Part shown: in pieces, positions 17,274-26,754 of the stretch
How the letters are laid out: every line of letters begins with the position of its first letter
Position numbering within the stretch: position 1 is the stretch's first letter
From: Acidobacteriota bacterium
GTDB taxonomy: Bacteria; Acidobacteriota; Vicinamibacteria; Vicinamibacterales; SCN-69-37
DNA length: 64,000 nucleotides
Assembly: GCA_044507065.1 (NCBI GenBank)
Contig: JBIQJY010000006.1
Span: 723 to 64,722, forward strand
Direction of reading: 5' to 3'
Notes under the pieces: generated by a model
Told to the model about the DNA's origin: nothing
The model's database searches: none
Seen by the model: the letters and a program-made list of their open reading frames with translations, nothing else
Made by a program: the position numbers and the translations under genes

Positions 17274-17344
17274 GGAGTGAACGGGCTGCGGGATCGACCG
17301 TCATGCGCAGCGCGTCGCCCGGCCGGCGCGCGACTTCTGACGGA

Positions 17345-17617
17345 CTAGCCCTGTGCCTTGTTCTCGACAGCGATGACGCTGATCTTGCGACCGTGCGCGC
17401 CGTGATCGCTGAACTTCACGTGACCGGTAATCTTCGCGAACAGCGTGTCGTCCTTGCCGCGGCCCACGTTGAGGCCCGGCTTGAAGCGCTGGCCCCGCTG
17501 GCGCACGAGAATCGACCCGCCCGTCACGAGGTTGCCGTCGAACCGCTTCACGCCGAGACGCTGTGAATTGCTGTCGCGGCCGTTGCGGGAACTGCCTTGT
17601 CCTTTTTTGGAAGCCAT
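17345..17617 (-). CDS. rpmA: 50S ribosomal protein L27
   Basis: [28 protein letters not shown]. Confidence 0.95.
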   Translation of the reverse strand: MASKKGQGSSRNGRDSNSQRLGVKRFDGNLVTGGSILVRQRGQRFKPGLNVGRGKDDTLFAKITGHVKFSDHGAHGRKISVIAVENKAQG

Positions 17618-17625
17618 GAACGTTC

Positions 17626-17940
17626 CTAGATGTTGATGCTCGTGACGCGCACCTGCGTCTGCTGGGTGCGATGTCCCTGCGTCCGGCGATAGCCCTTGCG
17701 GCGCTTCATCTTGAAGACGCGCACCTTCCGGGCCTGCTTCTGGGCCTCGACAACGGCGGTCACCGACGCCCCGGTCACGTAGGGCGCGCCGGCCACCAGT
17801 TCGCCGCCGTCGGTCTCCACGAAGAGCACCCGGTTGAAGGTGATCTCGGCGCCGGGTTCGGCGTCGAGCCGATCGACGGTGACAACAGCGCCCGGGGCAA
17901 CCTTCTCCTGGCGACCACCAGCCTGGACTATGGCGAACAT
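17626..17940 (-). CDS. rplU: 50S ribosomal protein L21
   Basis: [14 protein letters not shown]... Start at the internal Met; the ORF extension to 18018 is unnecessary. Confidence 0.93.
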   Translation of the reverse strand: MFAIVQAGGRQEKVAPGAVVTVDRLDAEPGAEITFNRVLFVETDGGELVAGAPYVTGASVTAVVEAQKQARKVRVFKMKRRKGYRRTQGHRTQQTQVRVTSINI

Positions 17941-18079
17941 GTGTTTACGCTCCAACGGTGACGGAATCAGACGGCAGACCGGGGCTCCGAACCCGATCAG
18001 AACCTCCAAGGCTAACATTCCGGCGGCAGGCGAGGCAAGGGGAAGGGCGATTGGCCGGCGCCTGCGCCGCTGTGGGACC

Positions 18080-18838
18080 TTATTTCAGCAGGACGCGCGT
18101 TCCCCGAATCTTCTGGGTGCTCAGCGTATTCAGGAAGCTCGGCAGCACCTTGTCCATCAGCTCGAAATAGGACGACAGGGCCGGGGTATTCTGGCCGGCC
18201 GGATAGAGCGCTTCCTCGTGGTACGCCTCGGAATACAGCCGGGCTCCCGTTCGACCGTCGATGAACACGAACGTGGGCGACAGGGCAAAGCCGCGCATGT
18301 CCGTGTACTCGCGCACCGTGCGGTACTCCTCGAGGCCCTGCTGGTTGACGTATGACTGGGGCCGCGAGACCACGCCGCTCCGACTGACCTCATTGAAGAT
18401 GACCGTGCCGGTGACGATGAGCGGCTGCTGGTACTCCTCGCCAATCTTCTTCCAGTACTCCGCGTCGTCGAAGATGGCCGTGTGGGCCTCGAGGGCCTTC
18501 ACGTCGCTGAAGCGCGGCGTCTCACCGCCCCTGGTCGGCGGGGTGAGACCGAGGCGCTGGTCCATCTCCTCGACAAGCGGGAGCGCTTCGGCATCGACGA
18601 CGCGCAGTTCCTGGCGGTTGCGGAGCTGGCTGCGCAGCAGCCGCGCCGTTTCGGTGTTGGCGTCGATGGCCTCGCTGCCGCCGTTGAGGAAGCCGGCCAC
18701 GAGCACACGCTGATAGGACGAGATGTCGATCTTCGCCTGGATCGGGGTCTCGACATCGACCTCGTAGAACGACACGCAGCCGGCGAGCGGCAGCGCCACG
18801 GCCAGGCTAACGATCGCGGCGGCGGTTCTGGCGGTCAT
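18080..18838 (-). CDS. Hypothetical lipoprotein (252 aa)
   Basis: Signal peptide plus lipobox LPLAGC. Codon bias is good. It overlaps the 3' end of the upstream TPR gene by 32 nt. I recognise no family. Confidence 0.65.
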   Translation of the reverse strand: MTARTAAAIVSLAVALPLAGCVSFYEVDVETPIQAKIDISSYQRVLVAGFLNGGSEAIDANTETARLLRSQLRNRQELRVVDAEALPLVEEMDQRLGLTPPTRGGETPRFSDVKALEAHTAIFDDAEYWKKIGEEYQQPLIVTGTVIFNEVSRSGVVSRPQSYVNQQGLEEYRTVREYTDMRGFALSPTFVFIDGRTGARLYSEAYHEEALYPAGQNTPALSSYFELMDKVLPSFLNTLSTQKIRGTRVLLK

Positions 18839-19160
18839 AGATTTCCCGGAACAAATCGTAGTTGTTGCGGATATACGTGTTGCTCGGCTCGACCTCGAGC
18901 GCCTTCTCGTAGGCGCGACGGGCGTCGTCGAAGCGCCCGAGCTGCTCGTAGCCGACGCCGAGGTTGTTCCAGGCGGCACCGTAGGTCGGGTCGATCTCGG
19001 TGGCGCGCTCCCATCGCATCGCCGCTTCCTTCCAGAGGCCGCGCTGCGCGACGGTGATGCCGAATTCGGCCTGTGCCTTCGCGTCCGAACGACGGTCGGC
19101 GTACGCAGGGGCCGCAAGGCCCACGACGAGCGCGAACACGAGCCAGAGATGGATGCGCAT
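18807..19160 (-). CDS. Secreted TPR-repeat protein (117 aa)
   Basis: Signal peptide MRIHLWLVFALVVGLAAPAYA. TPR signatures are AAWNNLGVGYEQLGRFDDARRAYEKALEVEP. Confidence 0.75.
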   Translation of the reverse strand: MRIHLWLVFALVVGLAAPAYADRRSDAKAQAEFGITVAQRGLWKEAAMRWERATEIDPTYGAAWNNLGVGYEQLGRFDDARRAYEKALEVEPSNTYIRNNYDLFREIYDRQNRRRDR

Positions 19161-19224
19161 GGATTTGCTCCGTGCAATATACCGCCGTCGGCCGCGCGGC
19201 GCAGCTTTTCGGCGTGGCAGAAAT

Positions 19225-19240
19225 TGCAAGTCTCCTGCCG
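19225..19240 (-). promoter_or_regulatory. Candidate sigma54 (-24/-12) promoter for the TPR-lipoprotein operon
   Basis: The minus strand reads CGGCAGGAGACTTGCA. GG-N10-GC is exact, the -12 TTGCA is exact, and the -24 is cGGCAgG. There are 64 nt between the motif and the ATG at 19160. Confidence 0.45.
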
Positions 19241-19332
19241 CGGCATGTGGCGAAATTCGCTGGGTTCAGGCCAATGGCCGGCAGCCCGTGCGTCCTCAAT
19301 CGTGGCACGGCCGCTGCAGGACCGTCCTCCCC

Positions 19333-20412
19333 GTGACGCACCCGCTCCCAGGCGCCTATTCTCCCACTCTTCAATCGCTCGTGGCCGCCTCGCTGCTTCG
19401 TTCCGGGACGGATACGCGCGCCGCCCTCCTGTTCAAGGCGCTTCCGCGCGACACGCCGGACCCGGTCCGAGCGCTGGCGACCGCCATCGAGCCCAGGGCC
19501 GATCGGCGGCCGGCGCTCGTCAACGCAGCCATGGGGCAAGCCGAGCGAGCGCTCGGGCAGGCAGGCGCGTGCGGGGCTGCGCTATTGACGCTGGGGCAGG
19601 AGGGCTACCCCCCTCGCCTGGCAGAGATTGCCGATCCCCCGATTGTCCTCTGGACGACTGGCGACCCGGGTCTGCTCCTGGGGCCGGCGGTTGCGCTGGT
19701 TGGATCGCGCCGCGCGACGACGGCCGGTCTGGCAACGGCCCGCAGCCTGGGCCGCGACCTCGCCCGGGCCGGATTGACCGTCGTGAGCGGCCTGGCCCGG
19801 GGAATCGACGCCGCGGCCCACCAGGGCGCCCTCGAAGTCGGGGGGCGGACGGTTGCCGTCCTCGGATGTGGCGTCGATGTTGTGTATCCTCGTGAGCATC
19901 GGGAACTCGTTGCCGGGGTCAGGTCCACCGGGTGTCTCGTCTCCGAGCTGGCGCCCGGAACGCCTCCGCTGCCGCGGCATTTTCCGCTCCGCAATCGGCT
20001 GATCAGCGGCCTGTCGCTGGCCGTCGTGGTCGTCGAGGCCGCCCAGCGCAGCGGGTCGCTCATCACGGCCCGGATGGCCCTTGAACAGGGGCGCGATGTG
20101 CTCGCCGTGCCTGGTGCGGTGGTTTCTGGTTGCCATCGGGGCTGTCATGCGCTCATAAAGGATGGAGCCGGCCTGGTCGAGACGGCCGACGACGTGCTGG
20201 CCGCGGTCGGGTGGCCGGGTGCGGCCCCTTCCCGGCCGGGTCCGGGCGGCGGCCTGGTGGGCGCCATGCGGGTCGGCGAGCCTGTCAGTGCGGATGATCT
20301 GGCGGCGCAGGTGTCGCGGCCACCGGGTCAATTGCTGGCGGAACTGGCCGAACTCGAACTTGCTGGCCGGGTGGCCCGAATGCCGGGCGGCCTGTACGTC
20401 AGGCTTGACTGA
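19333..20412 (+). CDS. dprA: DNA-processing protein A (Smf)
   Basis: The Rossmann core is LVGSRRATTAGLATARSLGRDLARAGLTVVSGLARGIDAAAHQGAL...VAVLGCGVDVVYP. The start is uncertain. I chose the GTG at 19333 because the ORF start at 19000 overlaps the TPR gene. Confidence 0.78.
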   Translation: MTHPLPGAYSPTLQSLVAASLLRSGTDTRAALLFKALPRDTPDPVRALATAIEPRADRRPALVNAAMGQAERALGQAGACGAALLTLGQEGYPPRLAEIADPPIVLWTTGDPGLLLGPAVALVGSRRATTAGLATARSLGRDLARAGLTVVSGLARGIDAAAHQGALEVGGRTVAVLGCGVDVVYPREHRELVAGVRSTGCLVSELAPGTPPLPRHFPLRNRLISGLSLAVVVVEAAQRSGSLITARMALEQGRDVLAVPGAVVSGCHRGCHALIKDGAGLVETADDVLAAVGWPGAAPSRPGPGGGLVGAMRVGEPVSADDLAAQVSRPPGQLLAELAELELAGRVARMPGGLYVRLD

Positions 20413-20445
20413 GCTGTTACCAATAGAAGTAGAGGCATACGTTTC

Positions 20446-22893
20446 ATGGCAAAGGCTCTGGTGGTCGTCGAGTCGCCGGCCAAGGCGAAGACGATTAACA
20501 AATATCTCGGGCGGGACTACAAGGTCATCGCGTCGATGGGACACGTCCGCGATCTGCCCAAGAGCAAGATTGGCGTCGACGTCGAGGCGGGCTTCGAGCC
20601 CGACTATGTCGTGCTGCCCGATCGCGCGAAGGTCATCAAGGAACTGAAGGACGCCGCCAAGGGCGCAGAGCGCATCTATGTCGCGACCGACCCTGACCGC
20701 GAGGGCGAGGCGATCGGCTGGCATCTGACCGAGGAACTCGGGACCGCGAACAGGAAGAAGGTTCAGCGGCTCATGTTCAACGAGATCACGAAGAAGGCCA
20801 TCCTCGAGGCCGTCAAGAACCCCGTCGAAATCGACATGCGGATGGTTGATGCCCAGCAGGCACGCCGCGTGCTGGATCGACTCGTCGGCTACAAGATCAG
20901 CCCGATCCTGTGGGACAAGGTGCGGCGTGGCCTGAGCGCGGGACGCGTGCAGTCGGTGGCACTCAAGCTCATCTGCGACCGCGAATCCGAAATCGACGCA
21001 TTCGTTCCCGAGGAGTACTGGCATGTAACGGCCCGGCTCGCCGGTCCGGAGCCGCCGGAGTTCGATGCCCGCCTGGTGAAGAAGGGCGACGCGGCGGCGA
21101 AGGTCCGCAACGAAGCCGAAGCCAAGGCCGTGCTGGCCGACCTCGAGCGCGCCGATTTCGTCGTCGCCTCCGTCCAGACGAAGGAGCGGAAGCGGCACGC
21201 CGTGCCGCCGTTCATCACGAGCAAGCTGCAACAGGCGTCGCGGTTCCCCGTGAAGCGCACGATGATGATTGCCCAGCAGCTGTACGAGGGGATCCAGCTG
21301 CCGGACGAAGACGCGCCGGTCGGCCTGATTACCTATATGCGAACCGACTCGGTGCGCGTCTCGGAAGATGCGCTGCAGGAAGTGCGGGAGCACGTGGGGC
21401 AGCAGTTCGGTGCCGACTACGTGCCCGCGCAGCCGAATCGCTACAAGATCAAGGGCAGCGCCCAGGATGCGCACGAGGCGATTCGCCCCACATCCATGCG
21501 GTATCACCCGGATGCGGTCCGCGCACACCTGTCGCCGGACCAGTACTACCTCTATCGCCTCATCTGGAATCGTTTCGTGGCCTCGCAGATGACGCCGGCG
21601 ACCTTCGACGACACGACCGTCGATATCCGCGCCGCGGCGTACCTGTTCCGCGCCAAGGGTTCGGTTCCGAAGTTCGCCGGCTGGATGGCCGTCTACGGAC
21701 AGGGCACCGGCGAGGCCGAGGAGAGCGAGCGCACCGAGCGTCCGGCCCCGAAGGCGGCCGGTCAGGTCGAAGCCGACGAAGAGCCGTCGTCCGGTATCCT
21801 GCCGCCGCTCGAGGGCGGGCAGACGCTGACGGTGCGTGCCATCCGTCCCGATCAGAAGTTCACGCAGCCGCCGTCGCGGTTCAACGAAGGGTCCCTCGTC
21901 AAGGCCCTCGAGGAAAACGGTATCGGCCGTCCCAGCACGTACGCGTCGATCATCGGTGTCCTGCAGGCGCGCGACTACGTCACGAAGCTCGAAGGCCGGT
22001 TCCGGCCGACCATCCTGGGCCGTCGGCTGGTCGACAAGCTGCTGCACCCGGTCTTCGACGACATTCTCGACATCGAGTACACCGCCCGCATGGAGGATCA
22101 ACTCGACCAGATCGAGAAGGGCACGGCCGACTACAAGGACACGCTCGCCGCCTTCTACAAGAAGTTCCAGAAGGACCTGGCGCTGGCCGCCGAACAGATG
22201 CCCAGCTTCAAGGAAGGGCAGCCGACCGGAGAGGTGTGCGACAAGTGCGGCCAGGGCGAGATGGTGGAGAAGGCCGGGAAGTTCGGCATCTTCCTCGCCT
22301 GCAGCCGCTATCCGGAGTGCGACAACACACGCGAGCTCGAGCCGGCCGAATCATCCACCGAGGAGCTCGAGGAGGCCTGCGAGAACTGCGGCAAGCCGAT
22401 GGTGGCCAAACGCGGCCGGTTCGGCATGTTCCTCGCCTGCACGGGATACCCGGAGTGCAAGACGACGCGGAAGATCATCGCGACCAAGCAGGGTGTTGCC
22501 GCTGCGAAGCCGGATCAGATCCTCGATGAACTCTGCCCGGTGTGCGGCAAGAACCTCGTGCTCAAGCAGGGGCGGTTCGGCGAGTTCACGGCGTGCACGG
22601 GGTATCCCTCCTGCAAGTACGTCAAGCACAAGACCACCGGAGTCGTCTGCCCCAAGGACGGCGGCGATATCGTGGAGCGCAAGTCGCGTCGCGGCAAGGT
22701 GTTCTATGGCTGCGCCAATTACCCGAAGTGCGACTACACCCTCTGGAACAAGCCGGTCGCCGAACCGTGTCCCCAGTGCGGTGCCGCGTTCCTCACCGAG
22801 AAGATCACCAAGCGGCACGGCCGCCAGCTGATCTGCGCCAACGAGGAGTGCGACTACGTGCGATCGGCCGAGCTCGAAGAGGCGCCGGCCTGA
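20446..22893 (+). CDS. topA: DNA topoisomerase I
   Basis: Toprim N-terminus (LVVVESPAKAKTINKYLG), the active-site region LITYMRTDS, and four C-terminal C4 zinc ribbons. Confidence 0.97.
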   Translation: MAKALVVVESPAKAKTINKYLGRDYKVIASMGHVRDLPKSKIGVDVEAGFEPDYVVLPDRAKVIKELKDAAKGAERIYVATDPDREGEAIGWHLTEELGTANRKKVQRLMFNEITKKAILEAVKNPVEIDMRMVDAQQARRVLDRLVGYKISPILWDKVRRGLSAGRVQSVALKLICDRESEIDAFVPEEYWHVTARLAGPEPPEFDARLVKKGDAAAKVRNEAEAKAVLADLERADFVVASVQTKERKRHAVPPFITSKLQQASRFPVKRTMMIAQQLYEGIQLPDEDAPVGLITYMRTDSVRVSEDALQEVREHVGQQFGADYVPAQPNRYKIKGSAQDAHEAIRPTSMRYHPDAVRAHLSPDQYYLYRLIWNRFVASQMTPATFDDTTVDIRAAAYLFRAKGSVPKFAGWMAVYGQGTGEAEESERTERPAPKAAGQVEADEEPSSGILPPLEGGQTLTVRAIRPDQKFTQPPSRFNEGSLVKALEENGIGRPSTYASIIGVLQARDYVTKLEGRFRPTILGRRLVDKLLHPVFDDILDIEYTARMEDQLDQIEKGTADYKDTLAAFYKKFQKDLALAAEQMPSFKEGQPTGEVCDKCGQGEMVEKAGKFGIFLACSRYPECDNTRELEPAESSTEELEEACENCGKPMVAKRGRFGMFLACTGYPECKTTRKIIATKQGVAAAKPDQILDELCPVCGKNLVLKQGRFGEFTACTGYPSCKYVKHKTTGVVCPKDGGDIVERKSRRGKVFYGCANYPKCDYTLWNKPVAEPCPQCGAAFLTEKITKRHGRQLICANEECDYVRSAELEEAPA

Positions 22894-22930
22894 CGCGGGC
22901 CCGCGCGGGCCGCTGGGAAACCAGCCGGGT

Positions 22931-24337
22931 ATGATGAAGCCGATGGTGCACATCATCGGTGGTGGTCTTGCCGGTTCGGAAGCCGCCTGGCAGGCGGCGC
23001 GCGCGGGCGTCCCCGTGGTCATCCACGAGATGCGGCCGCTCAGGCCCACGGCCGTTCATCAGACTGACCAGCTGGCCGAGCTCGTCTGCAGCAACTCGTT
23101 TCGCGCGGACAAGCTCGACAACGCCGTCGGCCTGCTGAAGGAAGAGATGCGGCGGCTGGGGTCGGTCATCATGGACGTGGCCGATCGCGTGCGCGTCCCG
23201 GCCGGCGCGGCGCTTGCAGTGGACCGCGAGCGGTTTGCGCAGGGCGTGACCGAGCGCGTCGTGGCTCACCCGCTCATCCGCGTCGAACGCGGGGAAGTCC
23301 TGCGTATTCCACCGCCAGGCGGGGCGGCGGCCGTGATTGTGGCCACCGGGCCTCTGACCTCTCCGGAACTGTCTGCCGACATCGCTGCGCTCGTCGGGTC
23401 GGAACACCTCGCATTCTTCGACGCCATCAGCCCGATCGTCCTGGCCGAGACCATCGACATGACGCGCGTGTTCCGCGCGTCGCGCTGGAATCGTTCGCTG
23501 CGTTCGCAACAGGTCGACGCGCCTGCAGCGACCTGCCCGCCCGAATCGCCGGATGGCGACTACCTCAACTGTCCGCTCGACAGGGATGAGTATCGTCGTT
23601 TCCACGACGCCATCGTGACGGCCGAACGGGCCACGGTCCACGATTTCGACAACACGAAGTTCTTCGAGGGGTGTCTGCCCATCGAAGTGATGGCGCATCG
23701 CGGACCGGAGACGCTGCGATTCGGCCCGATGAAGCCCGCCGGTCTCACCGATCCGCGGACGGGGCGCTGGCCGTTTGCCGTCGTGCAGCTGCGGCAGGAC
23801 AACCTCGCCGGCGATCACTACAGCCTTGTCGGATTCCAGACCCAGCTGAAGTGGGGCGAGCAGGCGCGCGTGCTGCGAATGATCCCGGGTCTCGAGCGGG
23901 CCGAGTTCGTGCGGTTCGGCATGATTCACCGCAACACGTACATCAACGGTCCGACGGTTCTGACCGATACCTGGCAGACGCGCATGCGACCCGACCTGTT
24001 CTTTGCGGGACAGCTGTCGGGTGTCGAAGGCTACGTCGAGTCGGCGGCTTCGGGCCTGGTGGCCGGCATGAATGCCGCGCGGCTCGCGCGCGGCCTCGAG
24101 GCGCGTCCGCTGCCGCGAACGACGGCCATCGGCGCGCTGGGCTACTACGTGTCGCACGCCGACCCGCGCCACTACGATCCCACCAACATCACGTTCGGCA
24201 TCATGCCGCCGCTCGACGCGCCGCCGAGGGGGCGGAAGGATCGGCAACTGGCGGCGAGCGACCGGGCCCTGGCGGCACTCGATGTGTGGATTGGGCAGAC
24301 GGCCTCGGTCCCCGAGACGGTCCCGGCAGATCGATGA
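22931..24337 (+). CDS. trmFO: Methylenetetrahydrofolate-tRNA-(U54-C5)-methyltransferase
   Basis: VHIIGGGLAGSEAAWQAA (FAD), ELVCSNSFR and FFAGQLSGVEGYVESAASG. Confidence 0.93.
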   Translation: MMKPMVHIIGGGLAGSEAAWQAARAGVPVVIHEMRPLRPTAVHQTDQLAELVCSNSFRADKLDNAVGLLKEEMRRLGSVIMDVADRVRVPAGAALAVDRERFAQGVTERVVAHPLIRVERGEVLRIPPPGGAAAVIVATGPLTSPELSADIAALVGSEHLAFFDAISPIVLAETIDMTRVFRASRWNRSLRSQQVDAPAATCPPESPDGDYLNCPLDRDEYRRFHDAIVTAERATVHDFDNTKFFEGCLPIEVMAHRGPETLRFGPMKPAGLTDPRTGRWPFAVVQLRQDNLAGDHYSLVGFQTQLKWGEQARVLRMIPGLERAEFVRFGMIHRNTYINGPTVLTDTWQTRMRPDLFFAGQLSGVEGYVESAASGLVAGMNAARLARGLEARPLPRTTAIGALGYYVSHADPRHYDPTNITFGIMPPLDAPPRGRKDRQLAASDRALAALDVWIGQTASVPETVPADR

Positions 24338-25359
24338 CCGGCCGCCAACCCGCGTCGCTGCAGGACCACGGCCGGGCCTTTCTCGCGTTCCTCCAGCTCA
24401 ACCGCAACGTGTCGCCGCACACGCTCCGGGCCTACCGGACGGACCTCGAACTGTGGCTGGCATGTCTCGCGGAGCGGCGCAGTCAGAAACCGAGCCAGGT
24501 GCCTGTCGAAGCGTTCGACGCCGACGGCGTCCGGGCATTCCTCGCCGCGCTGCATGAGCGCGGCAACAGCCGTGCGTCGGCGGCGCGCCGGCTGGCCGCG
24601 CTGCGGACCTTCGCCCGATACCTGATCCGCGAGGACGTGCTCGCCGACGACCCGACGGCCCTTGTCGGTGCGCCGCGCAAGGAGCACACACTCCCCGAAC
24701 ACCTCGTGGCATCCGACATGGACCGGCTGCTCGGCGCGCCCGACGCATCAACCGTCGCCGGTCGCCGTGATGCGGCCATCCTCGAGTTGTTCTATGCCTC
24801 CGGTCTGCGGCTGAGCGAACTGGTGGATCTCGACATGCAGGACGTGAATCTGTCCGGACGCATCCTGCGCGTCCGCGGCAAGGGTGGCAAGGAGCGCCTG
24901 GTGCCGTTCAACCACGCCGCCCACCGCGCCCTTCGCGCCATGACGGCCGATCGCGCCGGGATGTCGACTGCCGGTGCGCGATCGGCAGGCTCGCGTCAGC
25001 AACGGTCCCGCGACCCGTTGTTCCTGAACCTTCGCGGCGGCCGCCTCACGACGCGCAGCGTCGATCGGATCGTGCGGCGGTACGTCCGCGAGGCGTCGAT
25101 CGCGCGGGGCATCAGCCCACATGCCCTCCGGCACACGTTTGCGACGCACTTGTTGCAGGCCGGGGCGGACTTGCGGGCCATCCAGGAACTGCTGGGCCAC
25201 GCCAGGCTCAGTACCACGCAGCGGTACACGCACCTCGACGTACAGCACCTGATGGATGTGTACCAACACGCGCACCCGCGCGCGGACAGGCAGAGCGGGA
25301 CGGCGGGGCCCCTGGCCCCGGCCGCCCCGTCGAAGACCGGGCGCCGGTCTACGCGTTGA
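24334..25359 (+). CDS. xerC: Tyrosine recombinase XerC/XerD type
   Basis: SPHTLRAYRTDL at the N-terminus. The catalytic R...HALRHTFATHLL...LLGHARLSTTQRYTH (R-H-R-Y) is present. ATGA overlap with trmFO. The context topA-trmFO-xerC is the chromosomal Xer context. Confidence 0.88.
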   Translation: MTGRQPASLQDHGRAFLAFLQLNRNVSPHTLRAYRTDLELWLACLAERRSQKPSQVPVEAFDADGVRAFLAALHERGNSRASAARRLAALRTFARYLIREDVLADDPTALVGAPRKEHTLPEHLVASDMDRLLGAPDASTVAGRRDAAILELFYASGLRLSELVDLDMQDVNLSGRILRVRGKGGKERLVPFNHAAHRALRAMTADRAGMSTAGARSAGSRQQRSRDPLFLNLRGGRLTTRSVDRIVRRYVREASIARGISPHALRHTFATHLLQAGADLRAIQELLGHARLSTTQRYTHLDVQHLMDVYQHAHPRADRQSGTAGPLAPAAPSKTGRRSTR

Positions 25360-26752
25360 TTGTTTCGACGACCACGCGGCGGCCGCGCGGGATCTCGATG
25401 TTGAGAATCTTGATCTTGTAGTTCATGACGCGCGGGCTGATGCCGAGCAGTTCCGCAGCGTCCTTCTGCACCCAGTTCGACATCCGCAGGGCCTCGACGA
25501 CGGCCTGGCGCTCGATCTCCTCGAGCGGGATGCCCGTCGGCGGAATCTTCACTGCGGTGGCGTGTTCGCCGGACGAGCTGGCCGACTGCTGCTCGCCAAT
25601 CTGCAGGTCGTGCATCCCGACCGATGTCCCGTCGGCCAGCAGCACCGCGCGTTCCACGACGTTCTCGAGTTCGCGGATGTTGCCCGGCCAGTTGTGGCGC
25701 AGCAGCACCTTGAAGGCCTCCGGATGGATGCCGTCGACGCGCTTCTTGAGCTCCTGCGTGAAGCGCTTGACGAAGAAGTCGGCGAGCGCCGGGATGTCCT
25801 CCTTGCGGTCACGCAGCGGCGGCATGTCGACCGACACCACGTTCAGGCGATAGAAGAGGTCCTCGCGGAACCGGCCGTCCTGCACCATCTGCGTGAGGTT
25901 GCGGTTGGTGGCCGCGATGAGTCGCACGTCGACGCGCAGCGTGCGCGTCCCGCCGAGTCGTTCGAACTCGTGTTCCTGCAGCACGCGCAGGATCTTGGCT
26001 TGCGTACTCGGGCTCATGTCGCCGACTTCGTCGAGGAACAGCGTGCCCCCGTCGGCCTGCTCGAACCGGCCGATGCGTTGCTTGTCCGCGCTGGTGAAGG
26101 CGCCCTTCTCGTGTCCGAACAGTTCGGATTCGAGCAGGTTCTCCTGGAGCGCGGCGCAGTTGACCTTGACGAAGGCCCGGTTGGCCCGCGTGGAGTTGTG
26201 GTGGATGGCCCCCGCGATCAACTCCTTGCCCGTGCCCGTTTCACCCCGAATCAGGACCGTCGAGTTGCTGCGGGCCACCTTCTTGACGATGGTCAGCACC
26301 TGCTGGAGGGCGCCGCTCGCACCGACGATACGCTCGAAGTCGTAGATGTCCTGCTGCTCGTGACGCAGGTACTCCACCTGCGACTTGAGGTGACGCAGCT
26401 CGATCGCCTTCTCGATCTTGAGCTCCATCTCCTCGACTTCGAACGGCTTCTGCACGAAGTCGAACGCGCCGATCTTCATCGCCTCGACGGCCGTGTGGAT
26501 CGAGCCGAACGCCGTCATCAGGATGACTGCGGCATTCGGCTGGATCGATCGCGTCGTCCGCAGCACGTCCATGCCGTCGGCCCCGCCCATGCGCAGGTCG
26601 GTCAGCACCACGTCGAACTGGCTCTCCTGCAACCGCTCGATCGCGACGGTTCCGTTGGCCGCCTCTTCCACGTCGTGTCCAGCGTTTGAAAGTGCCCGCA
26701 CCAGACCCTTGCGGAGCGAGTCGTGATCGTCGACAACCAGAATCCGTCCCAT
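25349..26752 (-). CDS. NtrC-family sigma54-dependent response regulator (REC-AAA+-Fis HTH)
   Basis: REC domain VVLTDLRMGG. Walker A GETGTGKE. The GAFTGA-type loop is GAFTSA. ESELFGHEKGAF is present. The C-terminal HTH is AAELLGISPRVMNYKI. Confidence 0.92.
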   Translation of the reverse strand: MGRILVVDDHDSLRKGLVRALSNAGHDVEEAANGTVAIERLQESQFDVVLTDLRMGGADGMDVLRTTRSIQPNAAVILMTAFGSIHTAVEAMKIGAFDFVQKPFEVEEMELKIEKAIELRHLKSQVEYLRHEQQDIYDFERIVGASGALQQVLTIVKKVARSNSTVLIRGETGTGKELIAGAIHHNSTRANRAFVKVNCAALQENLLESELFGHEKGAFTSADKQRIGRFEQADGGTLFLDEVGDMSPSTQAKILRVLQEHEFERLGGTRTLRVDVRLIAATNRNLTQMVQDGRFREDLFYRLNVVSVDMPPLRDRKEDIPALADFFVKRFTQELKKRVDGIHPEAFKVLLRHNWPGNIRELENVVERAVLLADGTSVGMHDLQIGEQQSASSSGEHATAVKIPPTGIPLEEIERQAVVEALRMSNWVQKDAAELLGISPRVMNYKIKILNIEIPRGRRVVVETINA

Positions 26753-26754
26753 GC

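Noticed and set aside
17941-18079. A ribosomal-protein L21 leader or terminator structure upstream of rplU.
   Set aside because: I found only weak helices and cannot match them to the known L21 leader by eye. This needs a covariance-model search.
19215-19228. The plus-strand TGGCAGAAATTGCA facing dprA as a sigma54 promoter.
   Set aside because: The spacer is two nucleotides too short. The good match is on the opposite strand (19225-19240).
24334-25359. A tyrosine recombinase as a marker of an integrated mobile element.
   Set aside because: It is translationally coupled to trmFO in the conserved topA-trmFO-xerC chromosomal context. There is no attachment-site repeat and no phage or transposon gene nearby, so I read it as the chromosome dimer resolvase.
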